A stretch of 64,000 nt of DNA from a virus. Its lineage: Duplodnaviria; Caudoviricetes. Numbering within the stretch: position 1 is the first letter of the stretch; each line of letters begins with the position of its first letter. Where the stretch lies: positions 272 through 64,271 of the IMG/VR virus record IMGVR_UViG_3300002171_000008. One strand, written 5' to 3'. The position numbers were made by a program, and so were the translations under genes. Under the pieces are notes generated by a model. It made no database searches. It had not been told where the DNA came from and worked only from the letters and a program-made list of their open reading frames with translations. Shown piece after piece: positions 7,414 through 15,972 of this stretch.

Positions 7414-7938
7414 ATGACCAACCCACGTAAAACCGGCTACTGTGCCGTCTGCGAATATAACAAAACGCACAAGCGGGCCTGCATAAATAAGAAGCTCCTA
7501 GAAGGGGCCTCATATCGATCTATCGCACAGGAAACCGGCCTGGACCAGCGAACGATAGCAAAACATGCCAAGGCCGGGCATGGGATGAAGCCTGTAATTG
7601 CGCAAGCGGGCAGGACGAAGGCGGTGAAAGAGGGGTTGGAGCTGGTGAAATGCGCGAAGGAAATCTATGATGATTGTAAGGACAATGCGGCGAAGGCGAA
7701 GAAAAAAGCCGAATCATCGCGCGATTTCAGAGACGCGTCCGGGTGTTGGGACGCTGCGACCAGAGCACTAAGCGTGTTGAAAGTTGGAAGTCCAAATGAT
7801 CATGATGAAACCGAATCAGACGGCTACATAGACGCCGTGAGAGCAAACGCAAACAATGACTGGAAAGAAGCCCGCCCTGTTCAAGTGGCAACCACTGAGC
7901 CAAAAACAGAGGATGGTTCTGAATTGGTGGATGACTGA
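7414..7938 (+). CDS. terS: Probable terminase small subunit (Cys motif plus HTH)
   Basis: CAVC...GASYRSIAQETGLDQRTIAKH HTH; directly upstream of terL; start placed at ATG 7414. Confidence 0.55.
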   Translation: MTNPRKTGYCAVCEYNKTHKRACINKKLLEGASYRSIAQETGLDQRTIAKHAKAGHGMKPVIAQAGRTKAVKEGLELVKCAKEIYDDCKDNAAKAKKKAESSRDFRDASGCWDAATRALSVLKVGSPNDHDETESDGYIDAVRANANNDWKEARPVQVATTEPKTEDGSELVDD

Positions 7939-9190
7939 GAGCGGCGTAAGTGATTTTGACGGCATAATCTTGGATGGCTCCATCCGAGCTGGAAAAAGCC
8001 TGCCAGAGTCCGTGTCCTTCATCGATTGGGGGATGCACACTTACAACAACGAAACTCTCGGCATGGCAGGAAAGACCCTCGGAGCATTGCGGCGAAATGT
8101 GATTGGTCCGCTGCTCAGGGTGCTGCCCGGTAGAGGGTATAAGGTCAAAAATATACGTAGCTCTGAGACGCCTCTGCTCAAGGTGTCCAAAGGGCGGCGA
8201 ACCAATGAGTTTCATTTGTTTGGCGGAAATAATGAGAGTAGTCAAGATCCGGTGTTAGGCTTTACCGGCGGCGGCTTTTACTTCGATCAAGTAGAACTCA
8301 TGCCAAGGTCGTTTGTGGAGACGGCAGAAGGCCGATGTAGCTTAGAGGGCGCCAAACTCTGGTATAATTGCAACCCACAAGGCGCGAACCATTGGTTTTA
8401 TCAAGAGTATTTGCAAAAATTGCAAGAGAAGCAACTTTTACATTTGCATTTTCTGATGGATGACAACTTGTCTTTGTCCGCAAAGACAAGAGCTAGATAT
8501 GAGCGCCGTTGGCCCAAAGGATCGGTATTTTACAACCGAAACATCCTCGGCCTGTGGGTAATGGCAGAAGGTAGGGTATTCTCGTTTTTCTCCGATTCAC
8601 CAGATGCCGGGTATGTGGTAGATAAGGTTCCTGCCCACTTCATCGAATATTTGGTGGCCCTGGATTATGGCATTTCGAATCCATTCATCGCCCAACTTTG
8701 GGGCCTGTCCGGTGGCTGTTGGTATATCCTGAATGAGTTCAATTGGGATTCGGTCAAGCAGCAAAAGCAAAAAAGCAATCCAGATTACATTGAGGACATG
8801 GCCCGGCTGATAAACTGGAATGGTAAGCCGGTATTTCCAAAAAAGATTCTTGTACCGCCTGAAGAGAATGGCTTCATCCGCGACCTGAAACGGGCAGGGC
8901 AAACCAGACCCAATATATGCGGCGTAAATGCGGCGGATAACGCTATCATGCCCGGTATAGAGGATGTGACCACGCTATTGAGTTTAGGCAAATGCAAGAT
9001 CTACCGGACCAATTGCCCGGTTACAATCCGGAGCCTGAATGAACTCCTATGGGACCCGAAGGCGCAGGCACAGGGCAAAGATATGTACCTCAAGGGCGGT
9101 TCAGGTGCGGCTGATCATGGGTCGGATTGTACCCGCTACGCATCGCGATATGCAGCAAAAGTTCTGAGACAAATGGGGCAAATATTATGA
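7856..9190 (+). CDS. terL: Terminase large subunit
   Basis: LDGSIRAGKS Walker A, YFDQVE Walker B-like, NCNPQGANHWF, ALDYG nuclease, DHGSDCTRY. Confidence 0.9.
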   Translation: MTGKKPALFKWQPLSQKQRMVLNWWMTESGVSDFDGIILDGSIRAGKSLPESVSFIDWGMHTYNNETLGMAGKTLGALRRNVIGPLLRVLPGRGYKVKNIRSSETPLLKVSKGRRTNEFHLFGGNNESSQDPVLGFTGGGFYFDQVELMPRSFVETAEGRCSLEGAKLWYNCNPQGANHWFYQEYLQKLQEKQLLHLHFLMDDNLSLSAKTRARYERRWPKGSVFYNRNILGLWVMAEGRVFSFFSDSPDAGYVVDKVPAHFIEYLVALDYGISNPFIAQLWGLSGGCWYILNEFNWDSVKQQKQKSNPDYIEDMARLINWNGKPVFPKKILVPPEENGFIRDLKRAGQTRPNICGVNAADNAIMPGIEDVTTLLSLGKCKIYRTNCPVTIRSLNELLWDPKAQAQGKDMYLKGGSGAADHGSDCTRYASRYAAKVLRQMGQIL

Positions 9191-10506
9191 TTTATGATGT
9201 GGAATCTATCTTGCAAAAAGGGCTCCGTTGGCCTCCTGATGAAGAAAAAAGCCGCCTCGCGCTGTATAAGCAGAATGAAAACCTGTTTGACGGCAACCAC
9301 ACCGCTGTCTACACCGGCCTATTGCGGCTCTTCCATGAGGATGCAGCCGAACACCAGAAGATAGTGATGTGCCTAAATTGGCATCGCAGGCTATCCACCT
9401 TGTGGCCCGACCTGCTTATAGGCGAACTGCCAGAGGTGACGGTATCCGAGGCCGACCAGGAAGCAGTAGATCAGCTCCTGCAGGATACCGCATTGTGGCC
9501 GGAAACATATAAGGCGCTGATAGATACCTCCCGATTTGGCACCGGCCCGCTCAAGGCTTATGTGGCCGATGATGTGCCTATGGTACAGGCGGTAGCGCCT
9601 TCCAGGTGGTTCCCGATAGTCGACTCATCCGGAAAAGTCATAGAACATCTGTTGGCCTGGCAGGTGGACAAAATCCTAAATTGTGAAATTCACCGGATAG
9701 GCGAGGTTGAAACTAGGATTTATGATGTCATAGATGGCAAGATTGCATCGGAGGCAAGGGATATCGATGTCAAGAAAACCGACATAAATGATTTCCTATT
9801 GGTCCCTGTCTGCAACCTGACAACTACAACCAATCAATGGGGAATAGATGATTACACATCGTTGGACCCCATAATTAAGCGGCTAGAAACCCGGCTCACT
9901 CGGCTTGGTCGTATATTGGATGCTCATTCGGAGCCTGCGATGGGTGTCCCAGCAGATGCCATAACCAGAAACCCCGAAACTGGAGAGTCGCATTATGACA
10001 GCAATTTAAGAGTTTTCCCACTAGAAGAAGGCCAATCCCCGCCACAGTACATTACATGGGATGGGCAACTCGCGGCTTCCTTCCAAGAGATTGAATTTCT
10101 CATGAGTCAGCTATATGCTCTCTCAGAGACCTGCCCTCAAGCGTTCGGACAATCTGAAAGCGGAACCGCCGAATCTGGCACCTCGCTAAGGCTACGTATG
10201 ATGGCCCCATTGAAGAAGGTAGAGCGCATGAGGATCAATGTCGATCCGTCCATCAAAAAAATGATAACCATATTGGCGGCTTTGTCTGGCATCACATTGG
10301 ACCCGAAAGAAATTGTTATCACCTGGCATGACGGCCTACCAAACGATGAGAAGGAGCAATCACAGATCGAGATGACCGATGTGACCTCAGGCATCACATC
10401 AAAGAGGGCGGCGGCCATGAGGCGGTATGGATGGACAACCGAACAGGCGGATGCGGATCAGCAACAGATTAAGGAAGAATTGGTTTTGCAAGGCGGATTG
10501 ATGTGA
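9187..10506 (+). CDS. Portal protein (SPP1/A118-like)
   Basis: Position after terL, ~440 aa, SGTSLRLRM and ITWHDGLPND motifs. Confidence 0.85.
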   Translation: MIYDVESILQKGLRWPPDEEKSRLALYKQNENLFDGNHTAVYTGLLRLFHEDAAEHQKIVMCLNWHRRLSTLWPDLLIGELPEVTVSEADQEAVDQLLQDTALWPETYKALIDTSRFGTGPLKAYVADDVPMVQAVAPSRWFPIVDSSGKVIEHLLAWQVDKILNCEIHRIGEVETRIYDVIDGKIASEARDIDVKKTDINDFLLVPVCNLTTTTNQWGIDDYTSLDPIIKRLETRLTRLGRILDAHSEPAMGVPADAITRNPETGESHYDSNLRVFPLEEGQSPPQYITWDGQLAASFQEIEFLMSQLYALSETCPQAFGQSESGTAESGTSLRLRMMAPLKKVERMRINVDPSIKKMITILAALSGITLDPKEIVITWHDGLPNDEKEQSQIEMTDVTSGITSKRAAAMRRYGWTTEQADADQQQIKEELVLQGGLM

Positions 10507-10635
10507 ATGCCACTTAAGAAAGGCAAGAAAAATATAGGGAAAAATATTAAAGAGCTGGAAGAGCACGGCCATTCCAGGAAGCAAAGTATAGCCATCGCTC
10601 TTAGTGTTGCTGGAAAGTCCAAAAGAAAGAGGTGA
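10507..10635 (+). CDS. Small basic protein (MPLKKG...IAIALS family)
   Basis: Hand translation MPLKKGKKNIGKNIKELEEHGHSRKQSIAIALSVAGKSKRKR. Confidence 0.7.
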   Translation: MPLKKGKKNIGKNIKELEEHGHSRKQSIAIALSVAGKSKRKR

Positions 10636-10670
10636 TTAAGTGGCTAAAAAGAAACCTAAAGGCGGAAAGC

Positions 10671-10901
10671 CTAAACCATGTTAATTTTTTTATTTGGTCC
10701 ATATTTCCATTGTAAATATTTTACGTACTCAATCAACTCATAATCGAATTTGTCAATACGTGATTCGAAGATCTCAACTTCTATAGATCTTCCATTCTTG
10801 CGATCTGAAATAACGCGAGTTTTCATGTAATAATAATCATCATTATAAGCCTTAAAACTTTCGGTGAGAAATCGTCCGTTATCGATTTCATTCGCTCGCA
10901 A
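10671..10901 (-). CDS. AT-rich hypothetical protein inserted antisense in the head module
   Basis: ORF track; low GC. Confidence 0.5.
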   Translation of the reverse strand: MRANEIDNGRFLTESFKAYNDDYYYMKTRVISDRKNGRSIEVEIFESRIDKFDYELIEYVKYLQWKYGPNKKINMV

Positions 10902-10915
10902 ACTTGCGTTAAAGT

Positions 10916-11497
10916 TTGGTGAATTCTATGACAGATCAAGAGCTTAATGGCGGGAACCAGCCGCCGGAAGATAAATCTGGTGCATCGGCGAACCCGTCAG
11001 AGCCGGAATCTGATGATGACTTTACGCCGGAACAGAAAAAGAAGCTTGGTAGGATACTTTCAGCCGAGCGCAATAAGGTCAGAGAGCAATTCAAGGACTA
11101 TGATGACCTGAAAGCAAAGCTGAAAGAAATCGAAAAATCCAAGCTCACTGAAGCCCAACAGCTCCAGTTAGAACGCGATGAGGCCAAAAAGGAAGCCGAA
11201 GCCCTTAAGAAGAAAGTTGAAAAGCTTGGAGCCGTAGAGCTAAGGACGAAGCTGTTCTCGGATTTCAAGACCAAGGCAGGAGAAAGCCTGCCATCTCACC
11301 TGCTGAAATATGTTAGCGGCAAGGACGAAGAAGCTATAACCAAGAGCATTGAGTCCATAGCTAACGATTTTGGCCTAAAGCTAGAGAAGAAAAAGAACAT
11401 CGGCAATGCAATCCCACCGGGCGCAAATGATCCCCAAAACAAGCACGGATTCATTAACAGCATGATCATGGGCGCGGCTGGTAGAGGTGGCCGATAA
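10916..11497 (+). CDS. Capsid scaffolding protein
   Basis: Acidic N-terminus, coiled coil (FKDYDDLKAKL), position before MCP; likely start ATG 10928. Confidence 0.8.
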   Translation: MVNSMTDQELNGGNQPPEDKSGASANPSEPESDDDFTPEQKKKLGRILSAERNKVREQFKDYDDLKAKLKEIEKSKLTEAQQLQLERDEAKKEAEALKKKVEKLGAVELRTKLFSDFKTKAGESLPSHLLKYVSGKDEEAITKSIESIANDFGLKLEKKKNIGNAIPPGANDPQNKHGFINSMIMGAAGRGGR

Positions 11498-11509
11498 TCG
11501 AGGTATTCT

Positions 11510-12535
11510 ATGACTGATTACATCAACAACACGGACTATAACAATATAGTCACAAGGAGTGGGGTCAGTAACCTGATCCCGACCGAATACGCAAAGGAGA
11601 TCATTCAGACCGCTGTGGAAGGTTCTTTTTGCCTGCCTAAGATGACCAGGCTCAACGATATGCCTACCAAGGTTAGGCAGCTTCCCATCATGAGCCTCTA
11701 CCCAACGGCTTACTTCCTGGCATCTGAGGCCGGAGAGACCGCTACTGATCAGAGCTACGTGGACGGCCTGAAGAAGACCACAAAGCAGAATTGGTCCTAT
11801 GCCACAATTACTGCCGAAGAGCTGGCCACCATCGTACCTATCCCCGCGGCTGTCATTGATGACGCGGCAAGCGGCGGTTACGACATTTGGGGTGAAGTTG
11901 CCCCCAGGCTGTCTGAGGCCATCGCTAAAACCATCGATGCTGCAATTATCCACGGCACAAACAAGCCCACATCGTGGCCGGATGGCATTGTCACCGGGGC
12001 AGGAACGGCAAGTCAGACCATCGACAAGTCGTCCTCTGTCGGCTCTGGCCTGACATTCGCAGATCTCGCTGATGCGATCCTCGGAGAAGGTGGCCTATAT
12101 GCGCTTGTGGAAGCCGATGGCTACGATGTCAATGGTGTTGTGGGTGCTTTGTCTCAGAAAGCTGCCCTGAGAGGCCTGAGAGATGCCAATGGTCAGTTCT
12201 TGCTTCAGCCTGATATGACCAGCCCGACAAAGTTTGCCCTCGCGGGCGTGCCGGTGTCCTTCCCCAAGAACGGTGCTCTGGATAGCACTGCCGCTTTGCT
12301 TATCGCCGGTGATTGGGCTAAGGCGGTCTACTGCTGGAGACAGGATATCGAGTTCAAGATCTTCGATTCTGGAGTCATAACCGACAACTCTGGCAATGTG
12401 ATCTTTAACCTCATGCAACAGGATATGCTTGCCATGAGAGTCACCTGCCGCCTTGGATGGGCCCTGCCAAATCCAGAGAACCAGATCCAGACCACAGACG
12501 CAAGCAGGTATCCGTTCTCTGTGCTGGTGCCTTGA
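11510..12535 (+). CDS. Major capsid protein (HK97 fold)
   Basis: LIPTEYAKEII, AEELATIVPI, LRGLRDANG, LMQQDMLAMRVTCRLGW. Confidence 0.9.
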   Translation: MTDYINNTDYNNIVTRSGVSNLIPTEYAKEIIQTAVEGSFCLPKMTRLNDMPTKVRQLPIMSLYPTAYFLASEAGETATDQSYVDGLKKTTKQNWSYATITAEELATIVPIPAAVIDDAASGGYDIWGEVAPRLSEAIAKTIDAAIIHGTNKPTSWPDGIVTGAGTASQTIDKSSSVGSGLTFADLADAILGEGGLYALVEADGYDVNGVVGALSQKAALRGLRDANGQFLLQPDMTSPTKFALAGVPVSFPKNGALDSTAALLIAGDWAKAVYCWRQDIEFKIFDSGVITDNSGNVIFNLMQQDMLAMRVTCRLGWALPNPENQIQTTDASRYPFSVLVP

Positions 12536-12544
12536 GGTGGAAAG

Positions 12545-13159
12545 ATGAGATATCTTTCTATCTTTTTGGCAATGATGTTTGTAATTGGAATGGCATCTTC
12601 TGCCTGGTATCCTGGAACAGCTACCGTGAAAGTTCAATCGTTGGATGCGGCAGAGACTACCGACACTGACCAGATTAAGGCAGCCGCTGTGAATGAGTTT
12701 AACAGCACTACGCATTTCGTATTGACAAGCTCAGGAGCATCCAGTTCTGGTTTTCTTGCTCAACCAGACGTGTGCCGAAACATCATAGCAACGATGAATA
12801 CAAGCACAAGCGGATCACTGAAGCTCACCGGCACAAACATCAACGGCGAAACCATTACTGAAAACCTGACATGGGTGGCGGCATCCGGTGCAAAATCCAG
12901 CACAAAGGCGTTCGAAACCATCACCAGAGTAGACGGCACTTGCACCACAAACACCGCTCAATTTATTCTGGGAACCGGCGATCTGTTGGGTATGAGAGCT
13001 ACTATCGGACCAACAAATACGGTATTCATGGCTGCATTGGGTGGAACACGAGAAGCTACCGCGCCTTCCGTGACTGTGAGTAGTACTGATGTCAGCCTAT
13101 GTACGATAGACACATCTACCGCACCCGGCGGGGCTGTAACTAAATTCTGGTATGCGTGA
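12545..13159 (+). CDS. Putative capsid-associated beta-rich protein with N-terminal signal peptide
   Basis: QPDVCRNI...LTGTNINGETITE..KAFETIT family typically found after MCP; MRYLSIFLAMMFVIGMASSA leader. Confidence 0.55.
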   Translation: MRYLSIFLAMMFVIGMASSAWYPGTATVKVQSLDAAETTDTDQIKAAAVNEFNSTTHFVLTSSGASSSGFLAQPDVCRNIIATMNTSTSGSLKLTGTNINGETITENLTWVAASGAKSSTKAFETITRVDGTCTTNTAQFILGTGDLLGMRATIGPTNTVFMAALGGTREATAPSVTVSSTDVSLCTIDTSTAPGGAVTKFWYA

Positions 13160-13346
13160 GGATCTTATGACCGAAATAGTAACAAAGAAGTTCATGAAGT
13201 TGGGTACGGTCAACATTCCGATAGGCACTGAAATAGGTGGCCTGCCGGAGAATGTGATCAAAGAACTCACTGCCAGAGGATTGGCGGATGTAAAGAAAGA
13301 GCCCATGAAAGCTCATAAGAAAGAGAAATCCGAGACGGGGATCTAA
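13152..13346 (+). CDS. Small head-module protein
   Basis: ORF track; likely start 13167. Confidence 0.5.
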   Translation: MREDLMTEIVTKKFMKLGTVNIPIGTEIGGLPENVIKELTARGLADVKKEPMKAHKKEKSETGI

Positions 13347-13390
13347 GCCCGTCTCATAATTATAAAGGTGATTATAAGTATCAAGCGACG

Positions 13391-13404
13391 CGATAGTTAT
13401 ATAA
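13391..13404 (+). promoter_or_regulatory. Promoter of the HNH gene
   Basis: CGATAG-TTATATAA. Confidence 0.55.
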
Positions 13405-13426
13405 GCTAGTAAGATGATCATATAGT

Positions 13427-13491
13427 GCTAGATAGGCTGATCCCCGAAAGGCGGGAATTCTCGGCCCGCCTTCTAGCTTAGATATCCGAGA
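13427..13491 (+). ncRNA. Structured 5' leader (bulged stem plus possible pseudoknot) of the HNH gene
   Basis: GCTAG/CTAGC, AAGGCGGG/CCCGCCTT, loop TCTCGG complementary to CCGAGA at 13486. Confidence 0.4.
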
Positions 13492-13513
13492 GCACGACGA
13501 GAGGTGCGTTTGG

Positions 13514-14383
13514 TTGATTAATACGACGTGTTTACAGTGTGGAAAAGAGTTTTTGGTTAAGCCGTCTAAGGTAAAGAAAGGCGAAGGTAAGTATTGTTCA
13601 AAAGCATGTGTTGGAAAATCGCAACAGAAACAGATAACTCTTATATGCGAAGTTTGCGGGAAAGATTTTTCCGTATGTTATTCAAAAAAAGACACTCAGA
13701 AACATTGTTCTTTGGCATGCTCTTTCAAAAACCGTCCTAAAAAAGAAAGAACCGAATATAAATGTCCAACGTGCGGGAAGGTGTTTTATGCTCTTCCAAA
13801 CACACATCCTGGAAAATTGGCATATTGTTCGAAAAAGTGTTATACTATTTCACAAATCGGCCAACCTTCAAATCAGACTGGACATCATTGGACCGGTCCA
13901 CATCCAATGAAAGGCAAACGAAAGATGGCGGAAAAGGTTTGTGAGTGGTGCGGTAAAATAACCGTTAATCGTGCCCACGTTATTAATCAATCGTTGAAAT
14001 ATTATAAACATCATTATTGCTCAAGAACATGCCGCGCTCTGGCTAGCAGAAAGGAAGATGCGCAAGTTAAAAGGCACTTCTATAGATTAGAATATAAAAC
14101 ATGGCGAATATCCGTTTTATCACGGGACGGTGGAAAATGCCGATTATGCGAACGAGACGGAAAAGTTAATCGTTTGCATCTCCAGATTCATCATATAATT
14201 CCATATTCAGTTAGACCGGATCTTGAGTTCAATATAGACAACGGGATATCCCTTTGTAAAACACACCATGATATAATGAGAAATTTTGAAGATGTGTGGG
14301 CAGAACAATTAGCTAAGCTTCTTGGAAAACCGTTGTTATCGATGCCTAAGCCAAATTCGCACGTTCTGAGAGGGAAACAATGA
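13514..14383 (+). CDS. HNH homing endonuclease with repeated CxxC...YCS Zn-finger modules
   Basis: RDGGKCRLC...IHHIIP...NGISLCKTHH; AT-rich, own promoter. Confidence 0.85.
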   Translation: MINTTCLQCGKEFLVKPSKVKKGEGKYCSKACVGKSQQKQITLICEVCGKDFSVCYSKKDTQKHCSLACSFKNRPKKERTEYKCPTCGKVFYALPNTHPGKLAYCSKKCYTISQIGQPSNQTGHHWTGPHPMKGKRKMAEKVCEWCGKITVNRAHVINQSLKYYKHHYCSRTCRALASRKEDAQVKRHFYRLEYKTWRISVLSRDGGKCRLCERDGKVNRLHLQIHHIIPYSVRPDLEFNIDNGISLCKTHHDIMRNFEDVWAEQLAKLLGKPLLSMPKPNSHVLRGKQ

Positions 14384-14919
14384 CAACCACCCCGGTTTCA
14401 AATTCTTATATTACCGACATCGAAACGCTCGAATCAATGCTCGCATCAGACCCGCGCCCTGCCGCAATCGCTTTATTGGCGGCGGACTCCACAACCCAAA
14501 CCTGGTATCTCCAGCGAGCCACAAAAATAATAGATAACATGCCCTTGAAAGGCAGCACATACAATTATATCGACAAGTCCTCTCCCAGCAGCGATGAGCA
14601 AGCCCTCATGTTCCCGAGGGTAATCAATGGCTATGCCTATGATTGGGACGATGCAACCTCCACCGCAATTGTACCCGAAGATGTCAAGAAGGCGTGTGCT
14701 GAAGAGGCAATCGCGCTATACGATTTCTACATATCTTCTCCAGGTGACCAGAAGCGGCGCAAATTGCAAGACCAGGGAGTTAAATCATTTTCTGTGGGCA
14801 AACTCTCAGAAAGTTATGGGGACGTGAAAGTATCCTCAAAATGGAAGGGAATGCATAGTCAGGACGCATACGATCTCATAAAGCAGTATGTAGCGGGCGC
14901 GATTAGGCCAATTCCATGA
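14380..14919 (+). CDS. Head-tail adaptor (DnaT-like connector family)
   Basis: LQRATKIID...QALMFPR...VPEDVKKACAEEA...GVKSFSVGKLSESY. Confidence 0.7.
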   Translation: MTTTPVSNSYITDIETLESMLASDPRPAAIALLAADSTTQTWYLQRATKIIDNMPLKGSTYNYIDKSSPSSDEQALMFPRVINGYAYDWDDATSTAIVPEDVKKACAEEAIALYDFYISSPGDQKRRKLQDQGVKSFSVGKLSESYGDVKVSSKWKGMHSQDAYDLIKQYVAGAIRPIP

Positions 14920-15464
14920 TCGACGATTATTTGGCAGCAGGTGCATATCTGGTCACGAAGGCTGCCGCCTCATTATTCGACGGCACCTTGACCGCTTCTC
15001 CCACAATTAGCTCATGGCCAACTGGCATAACGGGCCGGTGCAAGGTCACTATATCGAGTGCGGCAGGCCATGCAGACGTAGCTGGAACGGTCATGATCGG
15101 CAGCGAGACGCTAACATTTATTCAGGCCGGAACTAAGCAGACCACAGTAAGCTTGACAGCAACCCCGGTTATAACCAGCACCGGCTTAGATTGCCATTGC
15201 CATATCACCGTCGTTGATGTTGGTGGGGCGGATGTTGTGGCCGAAACGCTAACCGCGATCAATACCAGAATCGAGGCGTACAATAGCGGATTTTACAATT
15301 CGCATGGCGTCTGGACAAAAACTAATAGCCTGATCCTTAGCACAACTGAATTGCAAATTGGCGATATTGTCCGCAAAGGGATAAAAGATTATAGAATTCA
15401 AAATGCTGAAGATAATCCGGATTTGGGCCAAGAATCCGACTTTTACACGTATTTAGCAAACTGA
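14916..15464 (+). CDS. Putative head-closure protein
   Basis: Position; C-terminal LQIGDIV...YRI beta-sandwich. Confidence 0.4.
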   Translation: MIDDYLAAGAYLVTKAAASLFDGTLTASPTISSWPTGITGRCKVTISSAAGHADVAGTVMIGSETLTFIQAGTKQTTVSLTATPVITSTGLDCHCHITVVDVGGADVVAETLTAINTRIEAYNSGFYNSHGVWTKTNSLILSTTELQIGDIVRKGIKDYRIQNAEDNPDLGQESDFYTYLAN

Positions 15465-15496
15465 TTACCAGTTGGGATATCCCAACGGAGATACAC

Positions 15497-15970
15497 ATGA
15501 CACTTGCAGAAAAGATATGGGGAAGCTCGATTGGAGCTTTTATTGCCTATGGGAAGACGGCAGCGGCAGCGGCGCTAAAACCGTTGCTGGTAACGGATAA
15601 TGGGGATGGGACAGGTACATTGGTGGTAAGTACTAGCTCATCTGCCTTGCCCGCCGGCGCGGCCACGGCAGCAAACCAGACAACCGAGATCAGCAAGCTG
15701 GATAGCATCATAGCAGCACTGACACTGTTGGCAGCACAAGGAGACAAAGTAATAGGCGAGGTCGTCAATGGCATACCGAACGGCATCCTAACCACTTTTA
15801 CTGTTGATAATGCCTTTGTGGCCAATTCTGAGACGGTCTACGTCAATGGTCTGGCCATGACTAGAGCGGTGCATTATGTACCCACTGGTTCTCTTTCTCG
15901 GATAGTCTTCGAAGCCGCCTACATCCCGGAAATCAGCGACGTTGTAATGATGAATTACTGGAAGGCCTAA
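15497..15970 (+). CDS. Virion structural protein with C-terminal beta domain shared with 38399-39010
   Basis: NGILTTFTV...VYVNGL...Y vs DGSNQTFTL...LFYGGI...Y. Confidence 0.6.
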   Translation: MTLAEKIWGSSIGAFIAYGKTAAAAALKPLLVTDNGDGTGTLVVSTSSSALPAGAATAANQTTEISKLDSIIAALTLLAAQGDKVIGEVVNGIPNGILTTFTVDNAFVANSETVYVNGLAMTRAVHYVPTGSLSRIVFEAAYIPEISDVVMMNYWKA

Positions 15971-15972
15971 AC

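Noticed and set aside
7727-12715. Long antisense ORFs 7727-8245, 11381-11953 and 12095-12715
   Set aside because: They are shadows of terL and the MCP, with no protein-like motifs.
13437-13477. Hammerhead ribozyme (CTGA...GAAA core)
   Set aside because: Lacks the conserved G8A9 and stem II, and stem I is not adjacent to the core; kept only as an unidentified structured leader.
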